Assembly (NCBI GenBank): GCA_043812195.1
Contig: JBDRML010000001.1
Coordinates: 3,857-67,856, forward strand
Reading direction: 5' to 3'
DNA length: 64,000 nucleotides
Source of the DNA: Candidatus Woesearchaeota archaeon
GTDB taxonomy: Archaea; Nanobdellota; Nanobdellia; SCGC-AAA011-G17; PNOQ01
Below are positions 47,009 to 56,676 of this stretch, piece after piece (position 1 is the stretch's first letter; each line of letters opens with the position of its first letter). The notes under the pieces were generated by a model. The model ran no database searches. It was not told the origin of the DNA and worked only from the letters and a program-made list of their open reading frames with translations. The translations under genes were made by a program, and so were the position numbers.

Positions 47009-47878
47009 ATGTTAGGAAGAAATCATGTTTCAATTTCATTAGCTACAATTATGCCTTTCTTAATACCTCTTATCTTTTTAGAATCAAATAATTCAATAAT
47101 ATATGGTTTTGCTTTTTTAATATCTATTCTTGTTGGATCTCTGCTACCCGACGCAGACTGTGGAGGAAAATCAAAACTCTATTACGATTTTAACATATTC
47201 TACCAATTAATTATTCCAATTACCAAATTAACTGTTTGGACATTTAAACTTTCAAGTGTTAAAAAAAAGTTGTCTACAAAGTTTTCAGAATTACAAGATG
47301 TAAATCATGAACATAGAGGGATAATGCATTCACCCATAGGAACGATAGTCAGTTCTTTTTTGTTAACTTTAATTATTCTTATCATAATGACACTTATTGC
47401 TAAAACTAATCTATTATTAGTTTTAATTATCTTTCTAGGATTAATTATTGGACAAATTCTACATTTATTAGAAGATTCCTGCACTGTTACTGGGATAAAT
47501 TGGATGTTTCCATTTGGAAAAAAAGAATTAAAAGGGCAAATATACACATTTGAGTGGAAATATCAAAATAAAAAAGATATCCGGCCGATGATTTATGTTT
47601 ATTCCCTGGTGGCTGTGTCCATTATATCCTTATTAGTAAACTCATTTGGGGCTGTGAATAATCTTTTTTTATATTATTTAATAACAACAATCGCAGTTTT
47701 GATAATTTGGATAATAATTATCAAGATATCTCAAAGTCAGTCTATTTTTTGGTATAGAGACGCCGAAAAAATAAAACAAATACAAAAAAAACAAAGAAAA
47801 GCTTTAAAAAAATTTACAGGAATAAAAAGAAAAAAACACAAAAAAAGATCATATAAACATTTTAAGTCCAGATATTAG
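47009..47878 (+). CDS. polytopic membrane protein (metal-dependent hydrolase-like?)
   Basis: 6+ TM helices; LLPDADCGG; the 3' end runs into the long-form repeat. Confidence 0.4.
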   Translation: MLGRNHVSISLATIMPFLIPLIFLESNNSIIYGFAFLISILVGSLLPDADCGGKSKLYYDFNIFYQLIIPITKLTVWTFKLSSVKKKLSTKFSELQDVNHEHRGIMHSPIGTIVSSFLLTLIILIIMTLIAKTNLLLVLIIFLGLIIGQILHLLEDSCTVTGINWMFPFGKKELKGQIYTFEWKYQNKKDIRPMIYVYSLVAVSIISLLVNSFGAVNNLFLYYLITTIAVLIIWIIIIKISQSQSIFWYRDAEKIKQIQKKQRKALKKFTGIKRKKHKKRSYKHFKSRY

Positions 47879-47940
47879 GATTTTGAATTCTATTGGGGTA
47901 GTTAAGTAAGCGAGAAGTGTCTCTCACTTTCTTTTAGAAA
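47838..47940 (+). repeat. palindromic cassette-boundary repeat, copy 17 (long form)
   Basis: gatcatataaacattttaagtccagatattaggattttgaattctattggggtagttaagtaagcgagaagtgtctctcactttcttttagaaa. Confidence 0.85.
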
Positions 47941-47979
47941 AATATTTATACACCCCAAAATAATCAAAATTATAAAAAA

Positions 47980-48102
47980 ATGGCAAACATATGTGAAAAA
48001 TGCGGAAAATTAGTAAATGAATGGACTAAAATAACGCATGATGAAGATGGAGAAAACAAATACTTTTGTAATGGAGACTGCTTTAGTGAATACATTAATT
48101 AA
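47980..48102 (+). CDS. small zinc-ribbon protein (40 aa)
   Basis: MANICEKCGKL...FCNGDCF; not in the track. Confidence 0.4.
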   Translation: MANICEKCGKLVNEWTKITHDEDGENKYFCNGDCFSEYIN

Positions 48103-48120
48103 AAAAGGAGGCAATTTAAA

Positions 48121-48273
48121 ATGGATGAAATAAAACACATATATTCGATGGTTATGCAAAGAGATGACAAATCTCTAAAAAACTACTTAAAAAATAAAAG
48201 AAATCAGGAAAAAGCAAGAGCTAGAAAAATAAGAATAGTAGCAAATGCAGTTCATAGGATTTATACAGCTTAA
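48121..48273 (+). CDS. small basic protein (50 aa)
   Basis: aaaggagg 8 nt upstream; not in the track. Confidence 0.35.
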   Translation: MDEIKHIYSMVMQRDDKSLKNYLKNKRNQEKARARKIRIVANAVHRIYTA

Positions 48274-48312
48274 ATAATAAATAATTAGAAGTATATTAAA
48301 TTTTATGTTTTT

Positions 48313-48349
48313 GTAGCGAGAGGTTTTTCGCGCTCTCTTTTAGATAAGA
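48313..48349 (+). repeat. palindromic cassette-boundary repeat, copy 18 (last + strand copy)
   Basis: GTAGCGAGAGGTTTTTCGCGCTCTCTTTTAGATAAG. Confidence 0.85.
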
Positions 48350-48933
48350 AAGGCTATTACATTATTTACAAAATGCCCTATCATAGCAGGCAATAAATTT
48401 CTTTTATCAACTAAATAAAGAATCCCAAACAATAGACCTCCAAGATATCTTAAATCAATTTTTCCTGCATGTTGCAAAGAAAAAAACAAAGATATTATCA
48501 ATAACCCAAAAAGAATTACAGGCAATCTATATTTTTTAAAACCAATAAATTTAGTTGATACAGTAAAATAATCAAAGGAAAAAATTACAAACAATCCCAA
48601 TAAAATTCCTCTAAATATAACTTCTTCACTGAATGGAGCTAAAAAAACAGAAGAAAATAATTCATAAAACCCAGTATAGTGCACAAAAGAAGAGTTAGTA
48701 ATAGACAAAATTACCAACCAATAAATCAAAACTAAAACAATCGGCAGCAAAATAGAAGTGTAAATATTATTATATCTTATCTTACAAGAGTCTTTTAATC
48801 CATTCCACCATTTTTCTAAATTCTTATTTGATTTAAATTTATTCGAAATCTTATTTCTAAATAAAAATAATAAAAGATATATTAAAATAATAAAAAAATC
48901 CCAAAATAATCCACTCCAAAAATTTACAGACAT
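48340..48933 (-). CDS. CPBP-family (CAAX) intramembrane metalloprotease
   Basis: EExxxR (FSEEVIFRG) and a distal HxxxN/H (IGHFVNNVIAF). Confidence 0.7.
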   Translation of the reverse strand: MSVNFWSGLFWDFFIILIYLLLFLFRNKISNKFKSNKNLEKWWNGLKDSCKIRYNNIYTSILLPIVLVLIYWLVILSITNSSFVHYTGFYELFSSVFLAPFSEEVIFRGILLGLFVIFSFDYFTVSTKFIGFKKYRLPVILFGLLIISLFFSLQHAGKIDLRYLGGLLFGILYLVDKRNLLPAMIGHFVNNVIAFLI

Positions 48934-48955
48934 TCTTCTTTCTTATAAAAATTAA

Positions 48956-49303
48956 TTAAGTCTTTCCGCCACATTTTAGCCATAATCTCTTAAATTCTAT
49001 TTTTTCTTTTTTAAGTTCTTCATTTAGTATTTTTCTGTGTTCTCTTTCTTCTTCTCTTTCTTTTTCTTTTAGTTTTTTTGAGAATTCTATTGAACCAGGA
49101 TTTAATTCATTAAAAATCGCTTCCCATTCTTTTGGATATTTCCTTTCTAAATCATTTTGCATATATCCTGCATGTATACCCATATATTTTCCAAAAACAA
49201 ATAACTCAATATCCATTAAATCTCTAATATAATCTGCATTCTTCTCATTCCATTTAAGGCCTTTTATTTTGTTTCTTACAAATTTTGATTTTATTTTTTT
49301 CAT
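48956..49303 (-). CDS. hypothetical protein
   Basis: ORF track. Confidence 0.4.
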   Translation of the reverse strand: MKKIKSKFVRNKIKGLKWNEKNADYIRDLMDIELFVFGKYMGIHAGYMQNDLERKYPKEWEAIFNELNPGSIEFSKKLKEKEREEEREHRKILNEELKKEKIEFKRLWLKCGGKT

Positions 49304-49357
49304 TTCTACAACCCAAATATCTCTTACCTATCTGTTAATTTTTCTTGTTTCAAGCTT

Positions 49358-49888
49358 TTACCATTCCTTTAGTTTTTCAATACTTTTTCTATCTAATATC
49401 CTAATCAACTGAAGTTCAGGATCATTTGTATAACTTTGGCTTAAAGCATGCTCTTTTATTTTTTCTGAAATAAATTCTAAATCAATGAAATTTGTTTTTA
49501 ACTCTTTCAATGTTTTTAGTATTTTATCTTCTTCTTTTATTGGCAGTTTTCTTGAAAAAATGTAAAATTTAAAATCACTCCCATATTTATCTTTGATATA
49601 TTTTTCAGTTTTTTCACGATCTTCAAAAACAGCTTTAAACTTCCCTTGATGTTTTTTATTTTTTTCTTCAATATTATTATTTGACATATGCAATAATCTT
49701 GGGCTCCAACTCTTAACCTCACCCACAATCTTATCTGGAAGGCCATCATTTCTTTTTTTAGGCCTAATAGCTATAATATCAATTTCTAGTTTTCTATTTT
49801 TTTCAGCTTTAAATTTTTCATTCATTCTTACAAAGAATCCTTTAGATTCTAAATACAATTTAACCAATTTTTCATTTGCTTCTTCCAT
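49358..49888 (-). CDS. PD-(D/E)xK-like nuclease-fold protein
   Basis: EIDIIAI ... VGEVKSW fits the D..(D/E)xK spacing; weak. Confidence 0.35.
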   Translation of the reverse strand: MEEANEKLVKLYLESKGFFVRMNEKFKAEKNRKLEIDIIAIRPKKRNDGLPDKIVGEVKSWSPRLLHMSNNNIEEKNKKHQGKFKAVFEDREKTEKYIKDKYGSDFKFYIFSRKLPIKEEDKILKTLKELKTNFIDLEFISEKIKEHALSQSYTNDPELQLIRILDRKSIEKLKEW

Positions 49889-49892
49889 TTTT

Positions 49893-50150
49893 TTACCCCA
49901 AATAACTTTTTCTTTTATTTAATTCTTTTTTAGTTTCTTCTTCAAAAGGAACAACTTCACCTGCAACATCATCTAGATCTACTTCATCAAATTCTTCTAT
50001 TTTAGCTTTTTTTCCTTTATTTGCTAAAAAATGAGGTTCTACTTGCCTAACTTTTCTTATTGTTATTCCTTTATCATCAACAATCATTGCTACTGCTATT
50101 GGTGCTCCAAAAGTTTGCTTTAAAGATTTTAATTTTTGTTCTATTTTCAA
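49893..50150 (-). CDS. hypothetical protein
   Basis: ORF track. Confidence 0.35.
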   Translation of the reverse strand: MKIEQKLKSLKQTFGAPIAVAMIVDDKGITIRKVRQVEPHFLANKGKKAKIEEFDEVDLDDVAGEVVPFEEETKKELNKRKSYLG

Positions 50151-50289
50151 GGTTATTGGGATATATAAGTTATTTATAAGCTTTTCTATCCTTTTATAGA
50201 TATTTCTTATATTTTATAGAAAGATATATAAACTTTATTAATTTCTTAAAAAAGAAAGCTTTTTAAGTAAAAATAAAGGCTTCAAAATC

Positions 50290-50892
50290 ATGAATAAAAA
50301 AGTACTAATCGCAACACTGTATTCACCAGAACCAGTGTTATTAGCTGCCAATAGGCTTGGCCCAGATAGATTAATACTATTAATAGATAAAAAATCTAAT
50401 AAACACCAAGAAGATTCTCTAAAAGTGATTAATAACTCTCTGGGTAGAATTATAGATGTTAAACCAATTAAAGTTGATGTTTATGACATTGTAGGGGTTG
50501 CTAAAAAGGTTGTAGAAGTCATAGATATGCAGCCTAGAGATGATAGATTATTTGTAAATGTAACCTCTGGTAGAAAAACACAAGCTCTTGGTTTGTTATT
50601 TGGAGCTTATGCTAGACATGATAGAATTAATAAAATAGCTTATAATCCTGAAGAAGATAAGAATTCTGTTGTTTATTTGCCTAGATTGTCTTTTAAGTTA
50701 AATGAGAGCCAAAAAAAGATATTAGATGTAGTTTCAGAAGTTCCAGGTGGTAATTATGCTGAATTAGCTGAAAAGGCCGGTGTTTCAAAAGCAATGTTTT
50801 ATAGGGCTACAGATGAGTTAAAAGACATGGATCTTGTATTAAATGAAGATGGTTTAAAATTAACAGATGCAGGAGAGATAGCGAGGTTGTAG
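50290..50892 (+). CDS. Rossmann-like (CARF/Csa3-like?) + C-terminal wHTH regulator
   Basis: N-terminal KVLIATLYSPEPVLLAANRLGPDRLILLI; C-terminal wHTH ILDVVSEVPGGNYAELAEKAGVSKAMFYRATDELKDMDLV. Confidence 0.4.
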   Translation: MNKKVLIATLYSPEPVLLAANRLGPDRLILLIDKKSNKHQEDSLKVINNSLGRIIDVKPIKVDVYDIVGVAKKVVEVIDMQPRDDRLFVNVTSGRKTQALGLLFGAYARHDRINKIAYNPEEDKNSVVYLPRLSFKLNESQKKILDVVSEVPGGNYAELAEKAGVSKAMFYRATDELKDMDLVLNEDGLKLTDAGEIARL

Positions 50893-50908
50893 GGGGGCTA
50901 AATTAAAA

Positions 50909-53773
50909 TTGACAAACGAAAGATTGACAAAATCACAAAGTACTGCAGTAAAATATTTTGCAAATCCTTTGGTAATTGTTGCTGGACCAGGATCTGGAAA
51001 GACAAAGGTCCTAATAAATAAAGTAAAATATCTTATTGAAAGTAAAAAAATGGAGCCTTCAAAAATAGTATTAACAACATTTACAATAAAAGCAGCAGAA
51101 GAATTAAGAAAAAAGATACAAAATTTGATAAAAACAGAAGATATTAGTTCAATGTTTATTGGGACTATTCATTCATATTGTGACAATATTATTAAACAAT
51201 ATGGCGGAACAAAAAATATTCCATTAGATTATTCAGTTCTTGATGATATTCAAAGATATATTTTTTTAAGAAAACATTTCAAAGTGCTTGGGTTGGATAA
51301 AGAAGAATTAAAATTATTAAAAAAACCTAGAAGTGATGGAGAACAAATTGGAGATGTTCTTAGATTTTATGATGAATTAACGGAGAATTTAGCAGATATT
51401 CCCGAATTATTAGAATATATCAAAGAAAATAAATCTGAGCTATTTGAGAACACCGAAGAAAAATATGATTCTGCAATCAATTTAATAAATTCCTATGAGA
51501 AATATGTTGAATTATTAAAAAAATATAAATTGATCGATTTTGCATTTCTTGAAAAAACAACTTATAATTTATTAAATGACAAAGCTATTTTAGAAAGTAT
51601 TAGAATTAAAACTGAATATGTTTTAATAGATGAGTTTCAAGATATTAATCCCCTTCAATGGAAATTATTTTCCAAAATTGTTGAAAAAGATAAAAAGATT
51701 ACCGTGGTGGGAGATAAAAACCAAAGTATTTATGGGTTTAGGGGGGCAAATCCTAATATTTTTGATAAGTTCAAAGTTGAATTTAAGGAAGCAAAACAAA
51801 TCGAACTCGATGTAAATTTTAGATCAAAGAAAAATATAATTGATTTTGGTAATGATTTTCTTTCTGGAAGAGAAACAATTAAGATAAAGGCAGATAGGGA
51901 GAATGAAAAAACAAGAATATATATGATTGATGGAGATTATGAATCTGATTCTGCAGAAAGAATATTAGAATTAATAAAAAATTTATACAAAGAGAAAAAA
52001 ATAAAAAAATATGGTGATGTAGCACTATTATTTAGAAGTGTAAAGAATCATGGTAAGAAATTTATTGAACTATTAGATAAAAAATTTCCAGGAATACCTT
52101 ACTCTGTCAGCGGCGGAACAAATTTTTTAGAAAATGAAGAAATACGTTCAACAATATTTTTTATGTCTTATCTTTATGGTATCGAGGATGAAAAAATATC
52201 TAAGACTTTAATAAGTTATGATAATTTTATTGATGCTCTCGATACAGAATTATTTAAAATATCTAAGAATACTATAAAAATATTAAAAGAAAATCCAAAT
52301 TTAGACACAAAAAATATTGCTAATGTAAATATATTAACAAAAAAAGGCATTAGTGAAAAAGATGCAATAAAAATAATTTCAATACATAAATTAAAAAATA
52401 AAAATGCTAGTAAAAAATTATCTATTGAGGAGACTTTTTACAAGTTTTTAAGTGAAACAGAATGTATAGTAGATTACAAGAAAAAAATTTCTGCAATGAC
52501 TAAAAAAATGATGTTCAATCTTGGTTATTTTTCACAATTAATACAAGACTATTCAACATATTATAAAAAAAGTAATTTCAAGGGATTTTTATATGTATTA
52601 AAAGATTTGCCGGAAAATTTGAAACTAGAAGGAGAAAATGATTCATTCATAGCAGACAATCCAGAAAATTTAAAATTAATGACTATTCATCAAGCAAAAG
52701 GACTTGAATTTCCAGTGGTTATAATCCCTTCTTTAGTTACGAGAAGATTTCCAAATAAGATGTTAACTAGAAATTTAATAGATCTTCCAGAAAAATTTAA
52801 TTTATATGAACCTTATGATAGATTAAAAGAAGAAGAAAATTTGTTTTATGTTGCAGCCACAAGAGCCCAGGATAGTTTAATTCTATCAAAATTTAAAAAC
52901 CATAGAACTACGAGGGTTAGTGCATCAGAATTTGTTGATAGAATTGAAAAAAATCTAGTCGAAATAAAAAAATTAGAAGATTATTCGGAAAAAATAAAAG
53001 AAAGAAAAATAGAAGACGAGGGATTTCATGTAATAGATTATAGCTCAATTAGCACATTTATAGACTGCCCAGAGCGTTTCAATTTGAGATATATTTATGG
53101 GTTTGTTGCTGGAGAAATTTATGTCCAAAAAATTGGAAAGATCTATCATAATGCTCTTGCAAAATTAAATTCTAATATTAAAGAGAAGAAGAAAATAGAT
53201 GATAAATTAATAAAAGAGATTTTAGATGATTCTTGGATAACTTTGAAGAAAGATGAACGTCAAGATGAGATTATGAAGAAAAAATTTCTTAGAGAAATAA
53301 AAAGATATTATCAAACAATGACTAATAATGAGTTAAAAAAAATAAAAGAAATAGAAAAACCTATTGGTTTAAATGTTGATAATATTCGCATACGTGGTAG
53401 GTTGGATCTACTTTATGAAAATGAAAATGGAGAAAATGTTTTGATGGACTTTAAATCAAGAAAATTAGATGCGATCGGTGAAACGCATGTTGATAAACAA
53501 TTAATAACATATGCAATGGCTTTGGAAAAGGAAGGTTGGAATATAAATAAATTAATTGCATATCCTATTCAAGAAAATAATTTTAAACCAGTAGAGGGAG
53601 AAATAAGTTTTGGCAATGACGATAAGAAAAAAATCAAATCATCTGTAAAAAAGTTTGTTGGTGCAGTAAAAAACGAAACATTTAATACTTCAGAAGTAAA
53701 ATCAGGATTCTGTGAAAAATGTCCCTATAAATTGATCTGTTTATATAATAAATCAAGGAGTCTAAATGATTGA
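50909..53773 (+). CDS. UvrD-family SF1 helicase fused to a Cas4/RecB-like Fe-S PD-(D/E)xK nuclease
   Basis: GPGSGKT, DEFQD, VGDKNQSIYGFRGA, TIHQAKGLEFP, ATRAQ; C-terminal DCPERF...LDLLY...MDFKSRK...QLITYAMAL and CEKCPYKLIC (Cys cluster). Confidence 0.8.
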   Translation: MTNERLTKSQSTAVKYFANPLVIVAGPGSGKTKVLINKVKYLIESKKMEPSKIVLTTFTIKAAEELRKKIQNLIKTEDISSMFIGTIHSYCDNIIKQYGGTKNIPLDYSVLDDIQRYIFLRKHFKVLGLDKEELKLLKKPRSDGEQIGDVLRFYDELTENLADIPELLEYIKENKSELFENTEEKYDSAINLINSYEKYVELLKKYKLIDFAFLEKTTYNLLNDKAILESIRIKTEYVLIDEFQDINPLQWKLFSKIVEKDKKITVVGDKNQSIYGFRGANPNIFDKFKVEFKEAKQIELDVNFRSKKNIIDFGNDFLSGRETIKIKADRENEKTRIYMIDGDYESDSAERILELIKNLYKEKKIKKYGDVALLFRSVKNHGKKFIELLDKKFPGIPYSVSGGTNFLENEEIRSTIFFMSYLYGIEDEKISKTLISYDNFIDALDTELFKISKNTIKILKENPNLDTKNIANVNILTKKGISEKDAIKIISIHKLKNKNASKKLSIEETFYKFLSETECIVDYKKKISAMTKKMMFNLGYFSQLIQDYSTYYKKSNFKGFLYVLKDLPENLKLEGENDSFIADNPENLKLMTIHQAKGLEFPVVIIPSLVTRRFPNKMLTRNLIDLPEKFNLYEPYDRLKEEENLFYVAATRAQDSLILSKFKNHRTTRVSASEFVDRIEKNLVEIKKLEDYSEKIKERKIEDEGFHVIDYSSISTFIDCPERFNLRYIYGFVAGEIYVQKIGKIYHNALAKLNSNIKEKKKIDDKLIKEILDDSWITLKKDERQDEIMKKKFLREIKRYYQTMTNNELKKIKEIEKPIGLNVDNIRIRGRLDLLYENENGENVLMDFKSRKLDAIGETHVDKQLITYAMALEKEGWNINKLIAYPIQENNFKPVEGEISFGNDDKKKIKSSVKKFVGAVKNETFNTSEVKSGFCEKCPYKLICLYNKSRSLND

Positions 53774-56675
53774 CAAAGAAAAATTAAAAAAATTTAAAGA
53801 ACAACTTAGAAAAATGTTTAGAAGTGATGAACCAGATTTCAACTGGGGGGTTTATAGGATAATAAAACAAAAGAATCAAGATGTTGATGATTTTATTGAA
53901 AATGAGATTCCAAATATAATCAAAGATAATTTAAAAGTTTTATATGCAAAAAGTGTTGAAAGTTTAGAAAAAGAACTTGATGAGATTAAATCAGATTGTC
54001 AAAAATTGGGTGTTGATTATGAAACAAATGAGAGGCATAAAGAAAAATTAAAAGAAAAGAAAGAATTAACAGAAATTGGAGATATTGAATCCCAAATTTA
54101 TAATGATTTATTGGAATTTTTTTCTAGGTATTTTATAGATGGGGATTTTATTTCTAAATTCTATTACAAAAATGACCAATACATGGTTCCTTACGATGGT
54201 TCTGAAACTTATTTGCACTGGGCAACAAAAGATCAGTATTATATAAAAACCTCTGATGTTTATAATAGATTAAGTATCAATGCAGGAAAATTTAATATAA
54301 TATTTAGGGTTGTTCAAGCAGATCAAGAAAAAGGCAATGTTAAAGCTAAAGGTGATAAATTTTTTGTTTTAGATAAAAATGCTTTTGAACTTAATAAAGA
54401 TACAAATGAGTTTTTTGTTAATTTAAATAATATTGTTGGTGATGATGAAATAAAAGAAAAAGGTAAAAATAAATCTGAAATACAGGAAAAATTAAACGAA
54501 GAAATACTTAATGAATTAAAAAATGAACTAGAAAAGAATAATATCAAATGTAATGAAGATTTTGAAAAGGTTTTGAAAACTTTCCAAAAAAGATATACTA
54601 AAGATTTTTTCATACATAAAAATTTGAAAGAATTTTTAAGTGGTGAGCTAAAAACTTATGTAAAAAATGAGATTTTTGATCTTGATAAAGTTATAGATAT
54701 AGAGATAAAGATAAATAAAGAGTTGATAGTTCAATCTCAAACTTTGAAAAAGATTGCAGATAAAATAATTGAAAGACTTGCATCTATTGAAGATCTTAAA
54801 AGGAAAGTTTGGGAAAAGAAAAAGTTTATTTTTGATACGGGATACTGCATGACTTTAGATTATATAAATAAAAAATATTATAAAGATGTTTTAAAGAATA
54901 AAAAACAAATAGCCGAATGGGTCTCTTTAGGTTTTATAAAAGAAAGCATGTTAAATGAGAAATATTTAGAAGAAAATCCCACTTTAGTTATTGATACTGC
55001 TTTTTTTGATATTGACTTCAAATACAAAATATTATCTGAAATTGATGATTTGGATGAAAAAATTAATGGTATTTTAATTAATTCGGAAAATTTCCAGGCA
55101 TTGAATCTGTTATTAAATAAATACAAAGAGAAAATTAAGTGTTGTTATATAGATCCGCCATATAATACTGGAAATGATGGGTTCTTGTATAAAGATGGAT
55201 TTAATCACAGCAGTTGGCTAAGTTTAATGAATGATAGATTAATATTAACGAAAGAATTATTGAATAATAATGGGGTTTTTTTTAGTAGTATTAATGATAT
55301 TGAGTTAAAAAATTTAAATAAAATAGCAGACTCCATATTTGGAAATGAAAATTTCATCGTAAATTTAGTCTGGGAGAATAAAGAAGGGGGAGGTAGTTCT
55401 GATAGTAGATTTTTCAGAATCAAGCACGAATATGTTACTTCTTATTCAAAAAATACAAATACATTAAAACTTGATGGAGATATTAAAGAAGAAGACGAAG
55501 CTTATAATTATAATGATAGGTTTGTAAAAGAAAGAGGCAAATATAAATTAATAAAATTAAATAGCTTCAGTATAAGATCTTCACCTAGCCTACAATATGA
55601 AATTGAACTTCCCAATGGTGAAAAAATTACTCCTCATGAAGGCGGAAAAAAAGGTTGTTGGAGATGGAATGAAGATCAATTTAAGTGGGGTTTAAAGAAC
55701 GAATTTATTGAATTCAAAAAAAATGCTGAAGGAAAACTTTGGGTTTATACAAAACAATACTTTAAAGTGGATCATAAGGGAAATGAGATAATTAGAAGTG
55801 TTCCATATAGGGCGGTTATATCTAAGTTTTCTAGTACCCAAGCAACAAAACAATTAGAAAAATTATTTGGAGATAAACCATTTGCATACTCAAAACCAAC
55901 CGATTACATTAAGTTTTTATTAAACTTAAGCATAAATCAGAAATTAAATGATAATTTTTTAGACTTTTTCGCTGGTTCAGGAACTACAGGTCATGCAGTA
56001 TTAAAACTAAATAAAGAAGATAGAGGAAATAGAAAATTTATTCTCGTAGAAATGGGGCAATATTTCGATACTGTTCTTAAACCCAGAATATTAAAGGTAA
56101 TTTTCTCTGATAATTGGAAAGAGGGAAAACCATTAGACAATAAGGGATCTGAAAAACAAATTATAAAATATCAAACACTAGAACAATATGAAGATTCATT
56201 AGAAAACATACAATTCAAACAAACAGATTTAAGGGGATTGGATAAAGTGGACAAGGAAACACTATTTAAATATGATTTCAATGAAGTACCAAAAAAAAGT
56301 AAAACTTTTCTTGGAGCAGATATAGAAAAAAATTGGAGAGATTTTAGTATTTTAACACTAGATAAAAACTTAAAAGCAAATCCAATAAAAGTTGACCTAA
56401 TTGAAACTTTTAATTACTTAATAGGGATGTGGATTGATAAATATCAAATAAAGGAAGACAAACAAAGAGAATATATTGTAATAAAAGGTAAGATAAAGGA
56501 TAAACCTTCCATAATCATTTGGAGGGACAACAAAAATTTGATTCCAGAAAAAGATAAAAAATTCATAGAAGAAGAAATAATTGAAGGTGAGAAAGTTGAA
56601 AATATCTTTGTAAATTCAGATTGTATGATAAAAGGAGCAAAACATATTTTTAATGAGATGAGAAAAAGATTATAA
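53766..56675 (+). CDS. Type III restriction-modification Mod subunit (beta-class N6-adenine methyltransferase) with ~430 aa N-terminal extension
   Basis: motif IV CYIDPPYN precedes motif I DFFAGSGTTGHA (beta-class order); overlaps the upstream gene by 8 nt. Confidence 0.8.
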   Translation: MIDKEKLKKFKEQLRKMFRSDEPDFNWGVYRIIKQKNQDVDDFIENEIPNIIKDNLKVLYAKSVESLEKELDEIKSDCQKLGVDYETNERHKEKLKEKKELTEIGDIESQIYNDLLEFFSRYFIDGDFISKFYYKNDQYMVPYDGSETYLHWATKDQYYIKTSDVYNRLSINAGKFNIIFRVVQADQEKGNVKAKGDKFFVLDKNAFELNKDTNEFFVNLNNIVGDDEIKEKGKNKSEIQEKLNEEILNELKNELEKNNIKCNEDFEKVLKTFQKRYTKDFFIHKNLKEFLSGELKTYVKNEIFDLDKVIDIEIKINKELIVQSQTLKKIADKIIERLASIEDLKRKVWEKKKFIFDTGYCMTLDYINKKYYKDVLKNKKQIAEWVSLGFIKESMLNEKYLEENPTLVIDTAFFDIDFKYKILSEIDDLDEKINGILINSENFQALNLLLNKYKEKIKCCYIDPPYNTGNDGFLYKDGFNHSSWLSLMNDRLILTKELLNNNGVFFSSINDIELKNLNKIADSIFGNENFIVNLVWENKEGGGSSDSRFFRIKHEYVTSYSKNTNTLKLDGDIKEEDEAYNYNDRFVKERGKYKLIKLNSFSIRSSPSLQYEIELPNGEKITPHEGGKKGCWRWNEDQFKWGLKNEFIEFKKNAEGKLWVYTKQYFKVDHKGNEIIRSVPYRAVISKFSSTQATKQLEKLFGDKPFAYSKPTDYIKFLLNLSINQKLNDNFLDFFAGSGTTGHAVLKLNKEDRGNRKFILVEMGQYFDTVLKPRILKVIFSDNWKEGKPLDNKGSEKQIIKYQTLEQYEDSLENIQFKQTDLRGLDKVDKETLFKYDFNEVPKKSKTFLGADIEKNWRDFSILTLDKNLKANPIKVDLIETFNYLIGMWIDKYQIKEDKQREYIVIKGKIKDKPSIIIWRDNKNLIPEKDKKFIEEEIIEGEKVENIFVNSDCMIKGAKHIFNEMRKRL

Positions 56676-56676
56676 A

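Noticed and set aside
22553-48349. A CRISPR array, given the ~30-37 bp palindromic repeats
   Set aside because: Spacing is 0.3-4 kb and irregular, and the intervals contain full protein-coding genes. There are no cas genes and the repeats have no strict periodicity.
22553-48349. The repeats being ordinary transcription terminators
   Set aside because: The hairpin plus T-tract is terminator-like. However, near-identity over 30+ nt, the shared 60-320 bp 5' extension, the fixed orientation irrespective of gene strand, and truncation of genes at the element argue for a recombination-associated or mobile repeat. A dual role is not excluded.
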